Origin: a bacterium
Lineage (GTDB): Bacteria; Zhuqueibacterota; Zhuqueibacteria; Zhuqueibacterales; Geothermadaptataceae
Assembly (NCBI GenBank): GCA_024275575.1
Contig: JAJRYV010000132.1
Span: 17-64,016, forward strand
Length of the DNA: 64,000 nucleotides
Direction of reading: 5' to 3'
The notes below the pieces were generated by a model, which did not search any database, was not told the origin of the DNA, and saw only the letters and a program-made list of their open reading frames with translations. Made by a program: the position numbers and the translations under genes. This document shows positions 44,358 through 54,074 of the stretch, piece after piece; position 1 is the stretch's first letter, and each line of letters starts with the position of its first letter.

Positions 44358-44784
44358 TTGTCCACACTTTTAAATGAACGAGTAAACACGGCCGCCGGGA
44401 AACTTAATAATCGACGGATATACTTTTACTCCGCAAGCATTCACACTACACGCCCCTGCAATTTTTTTCTTTCCCACAATTTATCCACATTACCAATGCT
44501 GATTTTTCATGATTTGGGAAATTAAAATAGAAACAATAATTTAATCGATTAAACAATAGAAGCTAAATTTTCATATCCTGCAACAATTCGAAACGACCGG
44601 CCAAATCAAGAAAATAGCTTCATAAAAAACAACGGGATAAAGCATAAAATTCGTTCTGCTTTCATAATATTTACTTAAAATAATCATCAATATAACTTAT
44701 AAGACCAATAAATCATGAATGTTGTTAACGCCATTTTGTGGATAATAATCAGATTAAATTGTGAACAAGTTTAGCTTATCCACA
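44358..44784. promoter_or_regulatory. DnaA-box cluster B within an 884-bp AT-rich non-coding region (candidate oriC or DnaA-titrating/regulated site)
   Basis: Perfect TTATCCACA at 44481-44489 and 44776-44784. Perfect TGTGGATAA at 44737-44745. One-mismatch boxes are TTGTCCACA (44358-44366) and TGTGAACAA (44760-44768). TTTCCCACA lies at 44470-44478. A very AT-rich stretch spans 44520-44720. Confidence 0.55.
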
Positions 44785-45184
44785 TTCAAACCGAGGGGCT
44801 TTCAAATTTGCGCATGGGAGGGGTTGCAAAATGATGAAATCAAGACAATTTTTCCAGTTTTTAACAGCTTAAAAATAAGAAAGTTAACATTAAATCAATA
44901 TTTTTCAGATAACTTAAAAAAAGCTCTGCCATGTCGCGCAGATAGATTGGCTGAAGAGTTACGGCCCGAAATTAGCTCAGCAGTCCATTTTTTTAGTTGG
45001 ATTGTAATAAATTTAATGCGTAGTAAAAAAAAATTTCCTATATTTGCGGACATTTTTTTAGCCCAGCCAGGCTATAACGTTAAATATCAAAATGTTGTTT
45101 AAGTATGCACACCGACGATACTCTAAATCTTTATTATTTTTCTTTGTAGATTGACCAGAAAAACGACAACCTTTTATCACAAAA

Positions 45185-46249
45185 ATGATAAGTACACTAT
45201 ATTTTTATGCGAACCAGATTTATCAGCTTTCTTATACCCTGCCACTTTACCGCCGGGCCGGTGGCGTGTTCATCGGCCGCGATATCAAACGGTTGTTTCA
45301 GCTCAAAAAAAATTTGATAAATTACAACCAGTTTCCTGCGACGAAAACGTTTTTAAACACGCCGCCTACCTATCTCATGGATCGAAAAAAACTGCGCAAC
45401 CTGTCTGGCGTCATCGTTTTTGCTTCCAATGCATCAAAAATCGTACGGCAGGAGCTCAAGGCTAAAACCATTTTTCTCGGCCACGGCACTGGTGATAAAC
45501 CTTATCTCGTTAGTGAATCCAGATTGGAAAACTTTGATTTTCATTTTGCCTCCGGGCCTAAATTTCAGGCTATTCTGCACGATTCCGGCATCGACATTCC
45601 GGAGGATAGAATCATAAAAACCGGCAACTTGCGTTTCGATGATATCATTAACGGTGTCATCGATAAAGAAAAAGAGCTGGACCGTCTCGGCATTATCGAC
45701 CGTGAGCGCAAAACCGTGCTCTACGCACCAACATGGAAATTCGGTGACGGCACGCTGCTCAAATACGGCTACCGTTTCGCCCGGGAAATCACTCAAAAAT
45801 ACAACCTGATCATCCGGCCGCACTACCAGGACTGGAGTTATATTGCAAAATTTCGCCAATGGGCATCGAAAAATAACATTCGTCACCTGTATTTCTCAAA
45901 TCCATCGAACCTGGTTTCTGCCGATACGATGCGCGACTTCGCCGCTTCGGATATCATGCTCAGCGATACCTCATCCGTTTTATACGAATACCTGATCATG
46001 CGGCAACCGATCATCGTCATCCGCAATGAGTATAAAAATTTACATAAAATGCCGTCGGAAATGGACATCATGCAGCACGTGTCACTTTTTTCGGCTGAAG
46101 ATGATATCATTACGATGATTGACGCCGCTCTAAAAGATACAGATTATCACCAGCGGCTGGAAAAACTGCTCAACACCTGTTTTTATTTTAACGACGGCAA
46201 AGCGGTGCAACGCGCACATGCGTTCATCGAATCAATCAACTCAAATTAA
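45185..46249 (+). CDS. CDP-glycerol glycerophosphotransferase (TagB/TagF) family protein
   Basis: KTVLYAPTWK, IIRPHY and DIMLSDTSSVLYEYLIMRQPII match the TagF-family blocks YAPTWR / HP / D-SS. Confidence 0.75.
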   Translation: MISTLYFYANQIYQLSYTLPLYRRAGGVFIGRDIKRLFQLKKNLINYNQFPATKTFLNTPPTYLMDRKKLRNLSGVIVFASNASKIVRQELKAKTIFLGHGTGDKPYLVSESRLENFDFHFASGPKFQAILHDSGIDIPEDRIIKTGNLRFDDIINGVIDKEKELDRLGIIDRERKTVLYAPTWKFGDGTLLKYGYRFAREITQKYNLIIRPHYQDWSYIAKFRQWASKNNIRHLYFSNPSNLVSADTMRDFAASDIMLSDTSSVLYEYLIMRQPIIVIRNEYKNLHKMPSEMDIMQHVSLFSAEDDIITMIDAALKDTDYHQRLEKLLNTCFYFNDGKAVQRAHAFIESINSN

Positions 46250-46263
46250 ACAAAAGATAAACG

Positions 46264-46680
46264 ATGAAAAAAGTATTGACTTACGGAACATTCGATTTAT
46301 TTCACTACGGACACCTGCGCATTTTACAGCGTGCTCGGGCACTTGGAGATTATCTCATCGTCGCTGTTTCCACCGATGAGTTTAATGAGATCAAAGGTAA
46401 AAAATGCACTTATCCATATGCCCATCGTGCGCAAATCGTCGAAGCGATCAAATATGTCGACAAGGTCATTCCTGAACATAACTGGCGACAGAAAGCACGG
46501 GATATTCGTGAAAACGAGGTGGATATTCTCGTTATGGGCAACGATTGGCAGGGAAAATTCGATGATTTGAATGAACTCTGTCAAGTTGTGTATTTACCCC
46601 GTACAGAAGATATTTCGACAACTGAAGTGAAGCACCATGTTAAAAACGAGCGCTCGATTGCCATCAAAAAAAGTGCATAA
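46264..46680 (+). CDS. tagD: Glycerol-3-phosphate cytidylyltransferase
   Basis: KVLTYGTFDLFHYGHLRILQRARALGDYLIVAVSTDEFN contains the HxGH cytidylyltransferase motif. The 138-aa size fits, and the RTEDISTTEVK block is present. Confidence 0.9.
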   Translation: MKKVLTYGTFDLFHYGHLRILQRARALGDYLIVAVSTDEFNEIKGKKCTYPYAHRAQIVEAIKYVDKVIPEHNWRQKARDIRENEVDILVMGNDWQGKFDDLNELCQVVYLPRTEDISTTEVKHHVKNERSIAIKKSA

Positions 46681-46709
46681 AAATCAAGGGATTTGTACAG
46701 GCAAAACCG

Positions 46710-47801
46710 ATGATCAAAGTGCTTTTCGATTTAAAAAAAGAGTATTATTTTAACTCGCTTTATCCGCTTTATAAAGAGCTGGCCAAAGATCCAAACTACG
46801 ATTTATCGATCAACATCGGCAAAGATCAGAAACGCTTTCTCGGTATTTTTCTTATTTCGGAAAAAGGACGCATCACCGGCCGGTTAGAAAAAGAGGGCTA
46901 TAAATTAACCGATAAGACCAGCGAATTCGACCTTATCGTCTGCGGAGACGCTTTGAAAAATCCGGAAAAATATGGCGATGCCATGCGGGTGCATCTCGAT
47001 CACGGCGTCGGCATTAAAACTTTGCGCATTCGCAATATCGTGAAACAGCAGGGATACCACTACCACGTTTTTCTCGAAGGCCGCTACTGGTATGATTACA
47101 TCAAAAGTTTAAACTGGCAGGACAAAGCTGATTTTTATCTCACCGGCATTCCCAAACTCGACCCGTTTTTCTGGCCACGACACTACGATAATGCAGCGCT
47201 GATTAAAAAAATGGGGCTACACCCGGAGAAAAAAACAGTGCTTTTTGCACCGAGTTACCGGCCCAGCTGCATTAATTTTATCAAAGAAAAAGTCGTCGAA
47301 CTGATCCCCCGCTACAATTTACTCATCAAATTACATCCCTATAGTTGGAGCGGGAAATACGCACCCCATTCACAGCATCGGTTTTACGAAAAACTGGCGG
47401 CAAAACACGATGAGCTCTTTCTCATCCGCAAAGATGATTACGATATTTACCCCTATCTCAATTTGGCAGATACGCTCATCAGCGACACCTCGAGTGTAAT
47501 CAATGAATTTCTCGCACTCGGCAAGCACGGCATCATCTACGTTTTGCCGCACAAAAAACTGACGCACAGCGATGGTATGCCCATCCTGTCCATCGATCCC
47601 AACGACTGGCTAACCGGCGCTTTTCCGCATATGCATTCGCAAGAGGGGCTGTTCGCTGCAGTGCAGCAGGCGCTCGATCCCACAGAAGAGATGAAAATGA
47701 AGCTGGAAGAATATCGCTATTACTTTTTTACCGGACTGGATGGAAAATCGGGGGAAAGGGTGAAAAAGAAAATCGATGAATTGCTGGGGGTGAAAAGCTG
47801 A
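46710..47801 (+). CDS. CDP-glycerol glycerophosphotransferase (TagB/TagF) family protein
   Basis: KTVLFAPSYR, LIKLHPYSW and DTLISDTSSVINEFLALGKHGI. Confidence 0.75.
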   Translation: MIKVLFDLKKEYYFNSLYPLYKELAKDPNYDLSINIGKDQKRFLGIFLISEKGRITGRLEKEGYKLTDKTSEFDLIVCGDALKNPEKYGDAMRVHLDHGVGIKTLRIRNIVKQQGYHYHVFLEGRYWYDYIKSLNWQDKADFYLTGIPKLDPFFWPRHYDNAALIKKMGLHPEKKTVLFAPSYRPSCINFIKEKVVELIPRYNLLIKLHPYSWSGKYAPHSQHRFYEKLAAKHDELFLIRKDDYDIYPYLNLADTLISDTSSVINEFLALGKHGIIYVLPHKKLTHSDGMPILSIDPNDWLTGAFPHMHSQEGLFAAVQQALDPTEEMKMKLEEYRYYFFTGLDGKSGERVKKKIDELLGVKS

Positions 47802-47827
47802 GCGCGAATTCGACTGCAAAAACAAAC

Positions 47828-48298
47828 TTACCCTCCCGGCACACCACCGCTTTTTTTCAGTAGCCAAAGCATACATTTATGAAAAACATCGACCGGTTCG
47901 CAGAACATCATCGGGCAGCCGCCTTCGATAACGGTCATATCATTTTGCCGTGCCAATTGCACGGCTTCGGCGGAAACACTGCCGGCGCCGAATGAGCGGT
48001 GCAGCCAGATTCGTGGAATACCGAGCGATATACATTCACGCACAACTGCCACACCAACATCAGGAGTCGCTGTCAGTATGACGCCGCTGATGGGTTGCGG
48101 CGCCGAGGTTAGATTCGGAAAACAGGGGGTACTGTCCTCAATTTCCCCGGCTTGCGGATGAATGATCAACGCATTAATCCCGACCTCCTGCAATTTGCTA
48201 AAAATATGATTACCGGGATTATTGCCTCTGCGTGAATAACCCACGATAGCGATATTTTTTTGCGCCAAAAAATCTTGCACGTTTTCAGCATATCCCAT
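47828..48298 (-). CDS. CoA-binding domain protein (YccU-like)
   Basis: KNIAIVGYSRRGNNPGNHIF is a Rossmann-like CoA-binding N-terminus. The protein is 156 aa. Confidence 0.65.
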   Translation of the reverse strand: MGYAENVQDFLAQKNIAIVGYSRRGNNPGNHIFSKLQEVGINALIIHPQAGEIEDSTPCFPNLTSAPQPISGVILTATPDVGVAVVRECISLGIPRIWLHRSFGAGSVSAEAVQLARQNDMTVIEGGCPMMFCEPVDVFHKCMLWLLKKSGGVPGG

Positions 48299-48321
48299 TT
48301 TTCTCTCCAGGTTATGGTAAA

Positions 48322-49719
48322 TCAGTAATCTTCGGACTTGCCTTTTGAAGATTGCTGTAAAAACATCCAGGCCGGCAACGGCCGTGGCTCCGGTTTGCGT
48401 CCATAGAGAAAATCATCCATCCAAACAGCGATTTTACGAAAAACCGCTGAATTCCCCACTGCCCAACGAACAGAATTATGCAGCAGGTTATTGGGGTGAG
48501 AATAGGGACAAGTGCGAATGCAGCGGCCGCAATCGGTGCCGATGGTGCACCAATAAGTAAAACAGTTCTCCGAATTGATTTGCCAGCGTTCAACGCCGTC
48601 AATTTCTTTGCGCTCGGAAAATGGAATGGCTCGCGGCGGGCAAACATCGGCGCATTTTTTACATTTGCGGCAAAAGTCGATAACACTGGCATCCAGCTTT
48701 CTCTTATCCGCTACAAGTGGCAAATCCGTGGTGATCACCGCGATGCGTACGCGCGGGCCGAGTTCCGGTGAAATCAGTAAACCCATGCGACCGATTTCCC
48801 CAAGACCGGCATCACGGGCGACGAGCGGACAAACGACGCGATAATTGCCGTCGATATGCGCCCGGGCCGGATAACCGAGCCGGCGAATAAACTCGGCAAC
48901 CTGGGTAGCAATGGCGCCGGAAATCAGATATTGCTGTGAAGATTCCATCAGTGTGGGGCCGGCCGGTGCAAAACTGAGCATTTCTTTATCCATTTCCACG
49001 GTCAGCGCGATCCCATATTTATGCTCGCACTGAATAGCTTCGCCATATTTCGGCCCGCGCCCGATGGTGCTGTAAAAGTGATAATCCTGCAATTCTGCAA
49101 TTCCAACGGAAAGCGCGCCGATGGATTTGACCCACGATTTTACAAAATGAGTCATTGCAGCAGCGTCGATATCCACTTTTTCTGTAACCGGCTTGCCTTC
49201 AACCAATGCATGAAAACAGGCGACCGTCTTAAAATTGGCTTCCGCGACTGCAAAAGAAAGGGGGTCGTACAATTTGGCTTTTTTATCGAGCAGCCCTGGT
49301 TTGGTACGAAATTTATTGTCTTTCTTTTTTTTGTCGGGGTTAGCCTTGTAATATTCTTCAAAACGCTGCCTGTCGAAACGCAACAAGCGGCGGGAGAACA
49401 TAATGTCGCGCTCATCGATACGTTTTTGCGGAATAGCGGCACCGTTTATTTTTTTTTGCCCAAAAGGCACAAACGGCAAAATCAAAAAGCCGGCAAAAAA
49501 GACGAGTAAGATTCCCATCACAAAATTTTGTGGCCCGAAAAGATTGAAAGCCAGCATAAAAAAAGGCGGCGGGGCGAAAAGCGCAACCAGCAGCGACCGC
49601 CGGGCTGCGAGATATTCTTTTTCGAAAATCGAAACGATGCAGGCCGTCATCATTATGATAAAAATCAGCAATCCAGCGATCAGGGCGAGCCAGTTTAAAA
49701 ATATCAAATCAGCAAACAC
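48322..49719 (-). CDS. Membrane-anchored reductive-dehalogenase/QueG-superfamily iron-sulfur protein
   Basis: There are 3 N-terminal hydrophobic helices. The C-terminus carries two Fe-S motifs, CRKCKKCADVCP (CxxCxxCxxxCP) and C...CGRCIRTCPY, preceded by ARDAGLGEIGRMGLLISPELGPRVR, which is typical of the RdhA-like family. Confidence 0.6.
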   Translation of the reverse strand: MFADLIFLNWLALIAGLLIFIIMMTACIVSIFEKEYLAARRSLLVALFAPPPFFMLAFNLFGPQNFVMGILLVFFAGFLILPFVPFGQKKINGAAIPQKRIDERDIMFSRRLLRFDRQRFEEYYKANPDKKKKDNKFRTKPGLLDKKAKLYDPLSFAVAEANFKTVACFHALVEGKPVTEKVDIDAAAMTHFVKSWVKSIGALSVGIAELQDYHFYSTIGRGPKYGEAIQCEHKYGIALTVEMDKEMLSFAPAGPTLMESSQQYLISGAIATQVAEFIRRLGYPARAHIDGNYRVVCPLVARDAGLGEIGRMGLLISPELGPRVRIAVITTDLPLVADKRKLDASVIDFCRKCKKCADVCPPRAIPFSERKEIDGVERWQINSENCFTYWCTIGTDCGRCIRTCPYSHPNNLLHNSVRWAVGNSAVFRKIAVWMDDFLYGRKPEPRPLPAWMFLQQSSKGKSEDY

Positions 49720-49861
49720 CGTTACTCCACATTTGCTTTTCCAAAGGTAAAATCACAGAAGTTTATCAAATCCAGCATTAGCAAGGAAAGAAATGAAGTT
49801 TCAGAAGCAAGAAAAAAAATAGCGCGGTTCATCCCGACACAGATGTTTTAAACGCTGAATA

Positions 49862-50884
49862 TCATTTGCCTTTTGCCCGATATTGGTGAATCACCTGCAA
49901 AACGATCCGGGGTTTTAAATCACGCATGCATTTGAAATGGCCTTCGGGGCAGGCCGGGCCGCCGTTGTGACGGCAGGGGCGGCAGGATAAATCACGTTCG
50001 AGCAGCGTATCATGTTGCCGCAGCGGATAAAAACCGTATCGCCGCACTGTTGGTCCAAAAATGGCGACAGCATCGGTTTTCACTGCGTTAGCAATATGCA
50101 GCGGTGCACTGTCGTTCACCAGCATCAAATCGAGTTTTGCGATGATAGCAGCAGAACCGGTGATACTGTATTTGCCGGCGATATTGATGAGATTCTTATT
50201 GGTCGCCTGCTTCTGGATTTCAGCGCACAGTGTTGTTTCTCCAGGCCCGCCGAACAGCACGATCCGTACATTTTCTGCATGCAAGCAATCGATGAGCTCA
50301 ATGAAATATTCTTGCAGCCAACGCTTGGTGAACCACACCGATCCCGGAGCCATGCCAAGCAGAAATTCACCCTTTTCCCGCATTGGTGCGATGAATTTTT
50401 GTGCCTGTTTTTCTTCCGCATCAGGCCAGAACAGTTCTGTTTGCCGGTCAAACTTTTCCTGTGTAAAAGCTTTCATCAGGCTGAGATAGTATTCCGTGCG
50501 ATGCATCAATCCACCATGTACGATGGGGTCGGTGAGTAATTTTTGCCGCTTAAACCCGATGCGCCGCGGAATGCCCGCCAGAAACATCAGATTTGCCGAG
50601 GTCATATAGCTTTGCACCGAAATGGCACATTCGTATTTTTCCCGGCGCAAGAGCAGAAGTAAACGAAGGAAATGATAAATCTTGGCAAAAAATGGTTTTT
50701 TAATAAAAGGAAAAACCCTGTTGATATTTGGATTCTGCGCAAACAGAGCCACGGTTCCGACGTTAGATATGACATCGATCTCAGCCTGAGGGAAATGGCG
50801 GCGTACCGCGCGGATGAGCGGCGAGGTCAGGATAGCGTCACCGATGAACGCTGTTTGGATGAGCAGGATTTTTGTGTAGGGCAT
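49862..50884 (-). CDS. Glycosyltransferase family 9 (LPS heptosyltransferase-like)
   Basis: ILLIQTAFIGDAILTSPLIRAV, then APGSVWFTKRW, and a C-terminal NDSAPLHIA block. Confidence 0.8.
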   Translation of the reverse strand: MPYTKILLIQTAFIGDAILTSPLIRAVRRHFPQAEIDVISNVGTVALFAQNPNINRVFPFIKKPFFAKIYHFLRLLLLLRREKYECAISVQSYMTSANLMFLAGIPRRIGFKRQKLLTDPIVHGGLMHRTEYYLSLMKAFTQEKFDRQTELFWPDAEEKQAQKFIAPMREKGEFLLGMAPGSVWFTKRWLQEYFIELIDCLHAENVRIVLFGGPGETTLCAEIQKQATNKNLINIAGKYSITGSAAIIAKLDLMLVNDSAPLHIANAVKTDAVAIFGPTVRRYGFYPLRQHDTLLERDLSCRPCRHNGGPACPEGHFKCMRDLKPRIVLQVIHQYRAKGK

Positions 50885-50933
50885 TTATTTTAAATTCATG
50901 TTTTGTGTATATCCGTTTTTTAATAGTGGTAAT

Positions 50934-52055
50934 TTAGCTTTCAGCGCGCTCATTTGCCAGCAAATCTTTATAGAGTCCGATGGTTTGTGACACTGTGTTT
51001 GCAATGGCGAATTTTTCTACTGTCGCCGGAGCGTTTTTTGAAAACTGCCGGCGTAAATCTGCGTTATTAGTCAAATCCAAAATAGCCCTGGCCAGCGCTT
51101 GCGGATTTTGTTTGGGCACGAGAAATCCATTAACACCGTCCTGCACCGATTCCGGAATGCCGCCGGCATCGGTGCCAACGACGGGCAATCCCATCGCCAG
51201 GGCGTCGAGCAGGGAAGTTCCCAACCCTTCCCTGCGCGAGGCAGCGATAAAAATATCAAACGCCTGTAAATATGGTCCGATATCTTTTTGAAAACCGGCA
51301 AAAAGAAAACGATCGCCTAACGCAAGTTTTTTTGCAATTTCCCGATTTTTCACTTCATCTTTACCGGCGCCCACTGCGAGAAATACAATACGGTGATTTT
51401 CCTCAGTAGCGATTTTCGCAGCCTGCAGCAACGTGGGGTAATCCTTGTGGCCAACGATTGCCGCCACCGTACCGACGAGAAAATGATCATCAGGGATATT
51501 CCAGTGCGCACGAATAATTTCGTTTTTTTCTCTATCTGTAAATTTATTTAAATCGATGCCGCTATAAATCCGTACCAGTTTTTCCTGCGGTACACCATCG
51601 GCGAGCATAACATTTTTAATTTTTGTGGAAATACAGATGATTTTATCGACGAAACGATTTTTATATTTCCAAATACTGAAAGGCGATTTGCGCACGCTGA
51701 AATCCACCCGCCGGGCAGCGATTATTTTGACCGGCCGGTAAAATAAACGTGCCCACAACGCAATGGACAGCGCATGGGCGGAATGGGCATGCAGAATGTT
51801 GATCTTGCGTTTTTTGCATATTTCAGCGATGCGCCGGCCGGCGATAAAATCCAGCTCATTACGCATTCGCACCAGTACGAATTCAATTCCGGCTTCTTCA
51901 CATTTTTGCGCCAATATCGAATTGGGCTGACAGGCGAGCAATGTTACGAGGTTTTTTTTACGCATCCCAGAGAGCAGGTAAAAAACCTGCTGCTGGCCGC
52001 CGCGCCATTCTTTCACCGAATCGAGATGCAGGATTTTTATCGCGTCAATTCCCAT
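50934..52055 (-). CDS. Glycosyltransferase family 4 (GT-B, retaining)
   Basis: The EX7E region is ASRREGLGTSLLDALAMGLPVVGTDAGGIPESV. Confidence 0.85.
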   Translation of the reverse strand: MGIDAIKILHLDSVKEWRGGQQQVFYLLSGMRKKNLVTLLACQPNSILAQKCEEAGIEFVLVRMRNELDFIAGRRIAEICKKRKINILHAHSAHALSIALWARLFYRPVKIIAARRVDFSVRKSPFSIWKYKNRFVDKIICISTKIKNVMLADGVPQEKLVRIYSGIDLNKFTDREKNEIIRAHWNIPDDHFLVGTVAAIVGHKDYPTLLQAAKIATEENHRIVFLAVGAGKDEVKNREIAKKLALGDRFLFAGFQKDIGPYLQAFDIFIAASRREGLGTSLLDALAMGLPVVGTDAGGIPESVQDGVNGFLVPKQNPQALARAILDLTNNADLRRQFSKNAPATVEKFAIANTVSQTIGLYKDLLANERAES

Positions 52056-52798
52056 AATTTCAGATACTTTAAATACACGCCGAAGGCGGAGATCAGCGCT
52101 AAAACCAACCCTTCCAGCCCATCGAGAAAACCGGCTTGCAAAATATATATTTTTAAAAATTTAACTTTCCCGCGCATGACTGCAGTAAAAACCGAGGCCT
52201 GCTTGCCTTTTGCCAAAAGCTGCTGCGCGCCGAGAGTTGAATAAAGGTCGATTTTTTGGATGTGTGATTCAATCGTCGGGTAAGTATAATGCAACAGGCA
52301 GTCTTCGATATTTTTTTTCGGCGCTGCAATACGCACCGATTCATGCACTTCTTTTTCATTGAAATTGCCGAATTTCCGATTGAAAAACCGCAATGGATAA
52401 TCACGGTTCCACCCGGAAAAACGAATGCGTTTGCCGAGATAAAAGGATCGTCTTTTGATATAATATCCTGCAGCCGGATTGGCCGTCTGCAACAATTGCT
52501 GTAAGGTTTCGCGCAATTCCGTCGTCATTTCCTCATCCGCGTCGATGGAAAAAATCCAGTCATACTTCGCCTGTTCGACAGCGAATCGCTTGGTTTTGCC
52601 AAAACCCATCCATTCTGTTTCAACAACTTTACAGCCAAATTCTTTACAGATTTTGACTGTTTCATCCACGGAGCCGGAATCGAGTACGAGGATTTCATCC
52701 ATCCATTGCACCGATTGCAGGCAGCGACAGATATTGGCCTGCTCATTTTTCGTCACGATGACGCAAGAAATTTTATTTTTCATCAGCTTGCTTTGCAA
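52037..52798 (-). CDS. Glycosyltransferase family 2 (LPS core type)
   Basis: ISCVIVTKNEQANICRCLQSV...ILVLDSGSVDETV...SIDADE (DxD). Confidence 0.85.
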   Translation of the reverse strand: MQSKLMKNKISCVIVTKNEQANICRCLQSVQWMDEILVLDSGSVDETVKICKEFGCKVVETEWMGFGKTKRFAVEQAKYDWIFSIDADEEMTTELRETLQQLLQTANPAAGYYIKRRSFYLGKRIRFSGWNRDYPLRFFNRKFGNFNEKEVHESVRIAAPKKNIEDCLLHYTYPTIESHIQKIDLYSTLGAQQLLAKGKQASVFTAVMRGKVKFLKIYILQAGFLDGLEGLVLALISAFGVYLKYLKLWELTR

Positions 52799-52840
52799 AT
52801 TGACCCACGAGAATTTTGTTCTTTACTCTACATGCAGGCA

Positions 52841-53812
52841 TTAAAAATATAGCTCATCATAGTTTTTAAAACCGCCCAGCTCCCGGCCACCGCAGAGCCA
52901 GCGCTCCAAAAATGAGATACACCGGTATTTCCATGTCTCGTGTTTATGTTTATTACGGTTTGGATTGATTTGACCGTCGTATTGCAAACTGTCCTGCCAG
53001 TCAAATTTTTCAATCCACTCTGCCATCACCGCAGGATGTGTTTCTTCAAAATGAGCCAGCCTGTCGAGCGGGCCATAATCGAATTCGACCGGCATCGTCC
53101 GATCCATTTCCACGGCTTTTTTCATCCCCTTGTGATTGGTATTGATGTGGCGAATTTTTGTTTTCATCATTTTCGGTGGGCGCACCCAGCCATAGTGAAA
53201 AATCCTTGCATCGACACTGGCAACATTGAGCTTGAAAGTACCCTGCCGCTGCCGGTAACTCACACCATCGAAACCGGGTATGCGGCGAAAGGACTGCGCC
53301 GATTGCCACGAATGAATATCCGGGTTGTTGCGTATGATACGGATTTCTTTTTTATACCAGCCGTGTGAGGTGTGGAAGTGGTCAAAATCGCCCCAAAAGT
53401 GGAGGTAGTTAAAAAGCAACCCCTCGACCTGAGGTTTATCGAGCAACTCATCGCAGCGGCGCCGGATTTTGGGCAAATCGGATTCGTGCACCACCTCATC
53501 TGCCTGTAAATAAAAAAGCCAGTCACCGGAGCAGGCATCTTTGGCGATATCGGTCTGGTGGGCGTGTTCCATACCGCGCGGATATTTTTGCAGGTCCCAT
53601 TTGGTATCGATAATCTTCACTTTGTCGGACTTTATGCTCAAAATTTCTTCACGACTACGGTCATCCGCCTCCGAATCGCCGAGCGCGAAAAAAAACTCAT
53701 CGACGATAGGGAGAATGGATTCGATGGATTGTTTCACCGGATAGCATAATTTGGAGATATTCCGCCCCATGGAAAACCCGCTGATTTTCGCCTTGCCGGA
53801 TATGGTCATCAT
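52841..53812 (-). CDS. Putative GT-A-fold glycosyltransferase
   Basis: 323-aa ORF in the same operon-like block. SIESILPIVDEFFFALGDSEADDRSREEI and YLQADEVVHE (a DxD-like ADE) suggest a GT2-like fold. The assignment is weak. Confidence 0.4.
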   Translation of the reverse strand: MMTISGKAKISGFSMGRNISKLCYPVKQSIESILPIVDEFFFALGDSEADDRSREEILSIKSDKVKIIDTKWDLQKYPRGMEHAHQTDIAKDACSGDWLFYLQADEVVHESDLPKIRRRCDELLDKPQVEGLLFNYLHFWGDFDHFHTSHGWYKKEIRIIRNNPDIHSWQSAQSFRRIPGFDGVSYRQRQGTFKLNVASVDARIFHYGWVRPPKMMKTKIRHINTNHKGMKKAVEMDRTMPVEFDYGPLDRLAHFEETHPAVMAEWIEKFDWQDSLQYDGQINPNRNKHKHETWKYRCISFLERWLCGGRELGGFKNYDELYF

Positions 53813-54074
53813 TCGCCACCTGGATATATTTAAAAATTATAGCTATTTTCACTGAATAAAAGAGGTTAAGTTAAAGGATCAGGGCCTATAAAAAAAGATT
53901 TTTTTGGATAATAAATAAAAAATATATCCTTGCTTCAGGCAGCTATTTCTTTTATTTTCAGGCAACTCATTTCGTCCGGATACGAGTATCCAGTTAACAG
54001 TAAACGGTAAATATGCCCTCCAGCCGGGGATAGCTGTCAAATCAACAGCACATGCAAAAGGTTAAACTGCATTA

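Noticed and set aside
44761-45102. 113-aa GTG-initiated ORF inside the AT-rich DnaA-box region.
   Set aside because: It has an AT-rich, Lys/Phe/Asn-biased composition, no RBS and no motif, and it starts inside a DnaA-box pair. I treat the region as non-coding.
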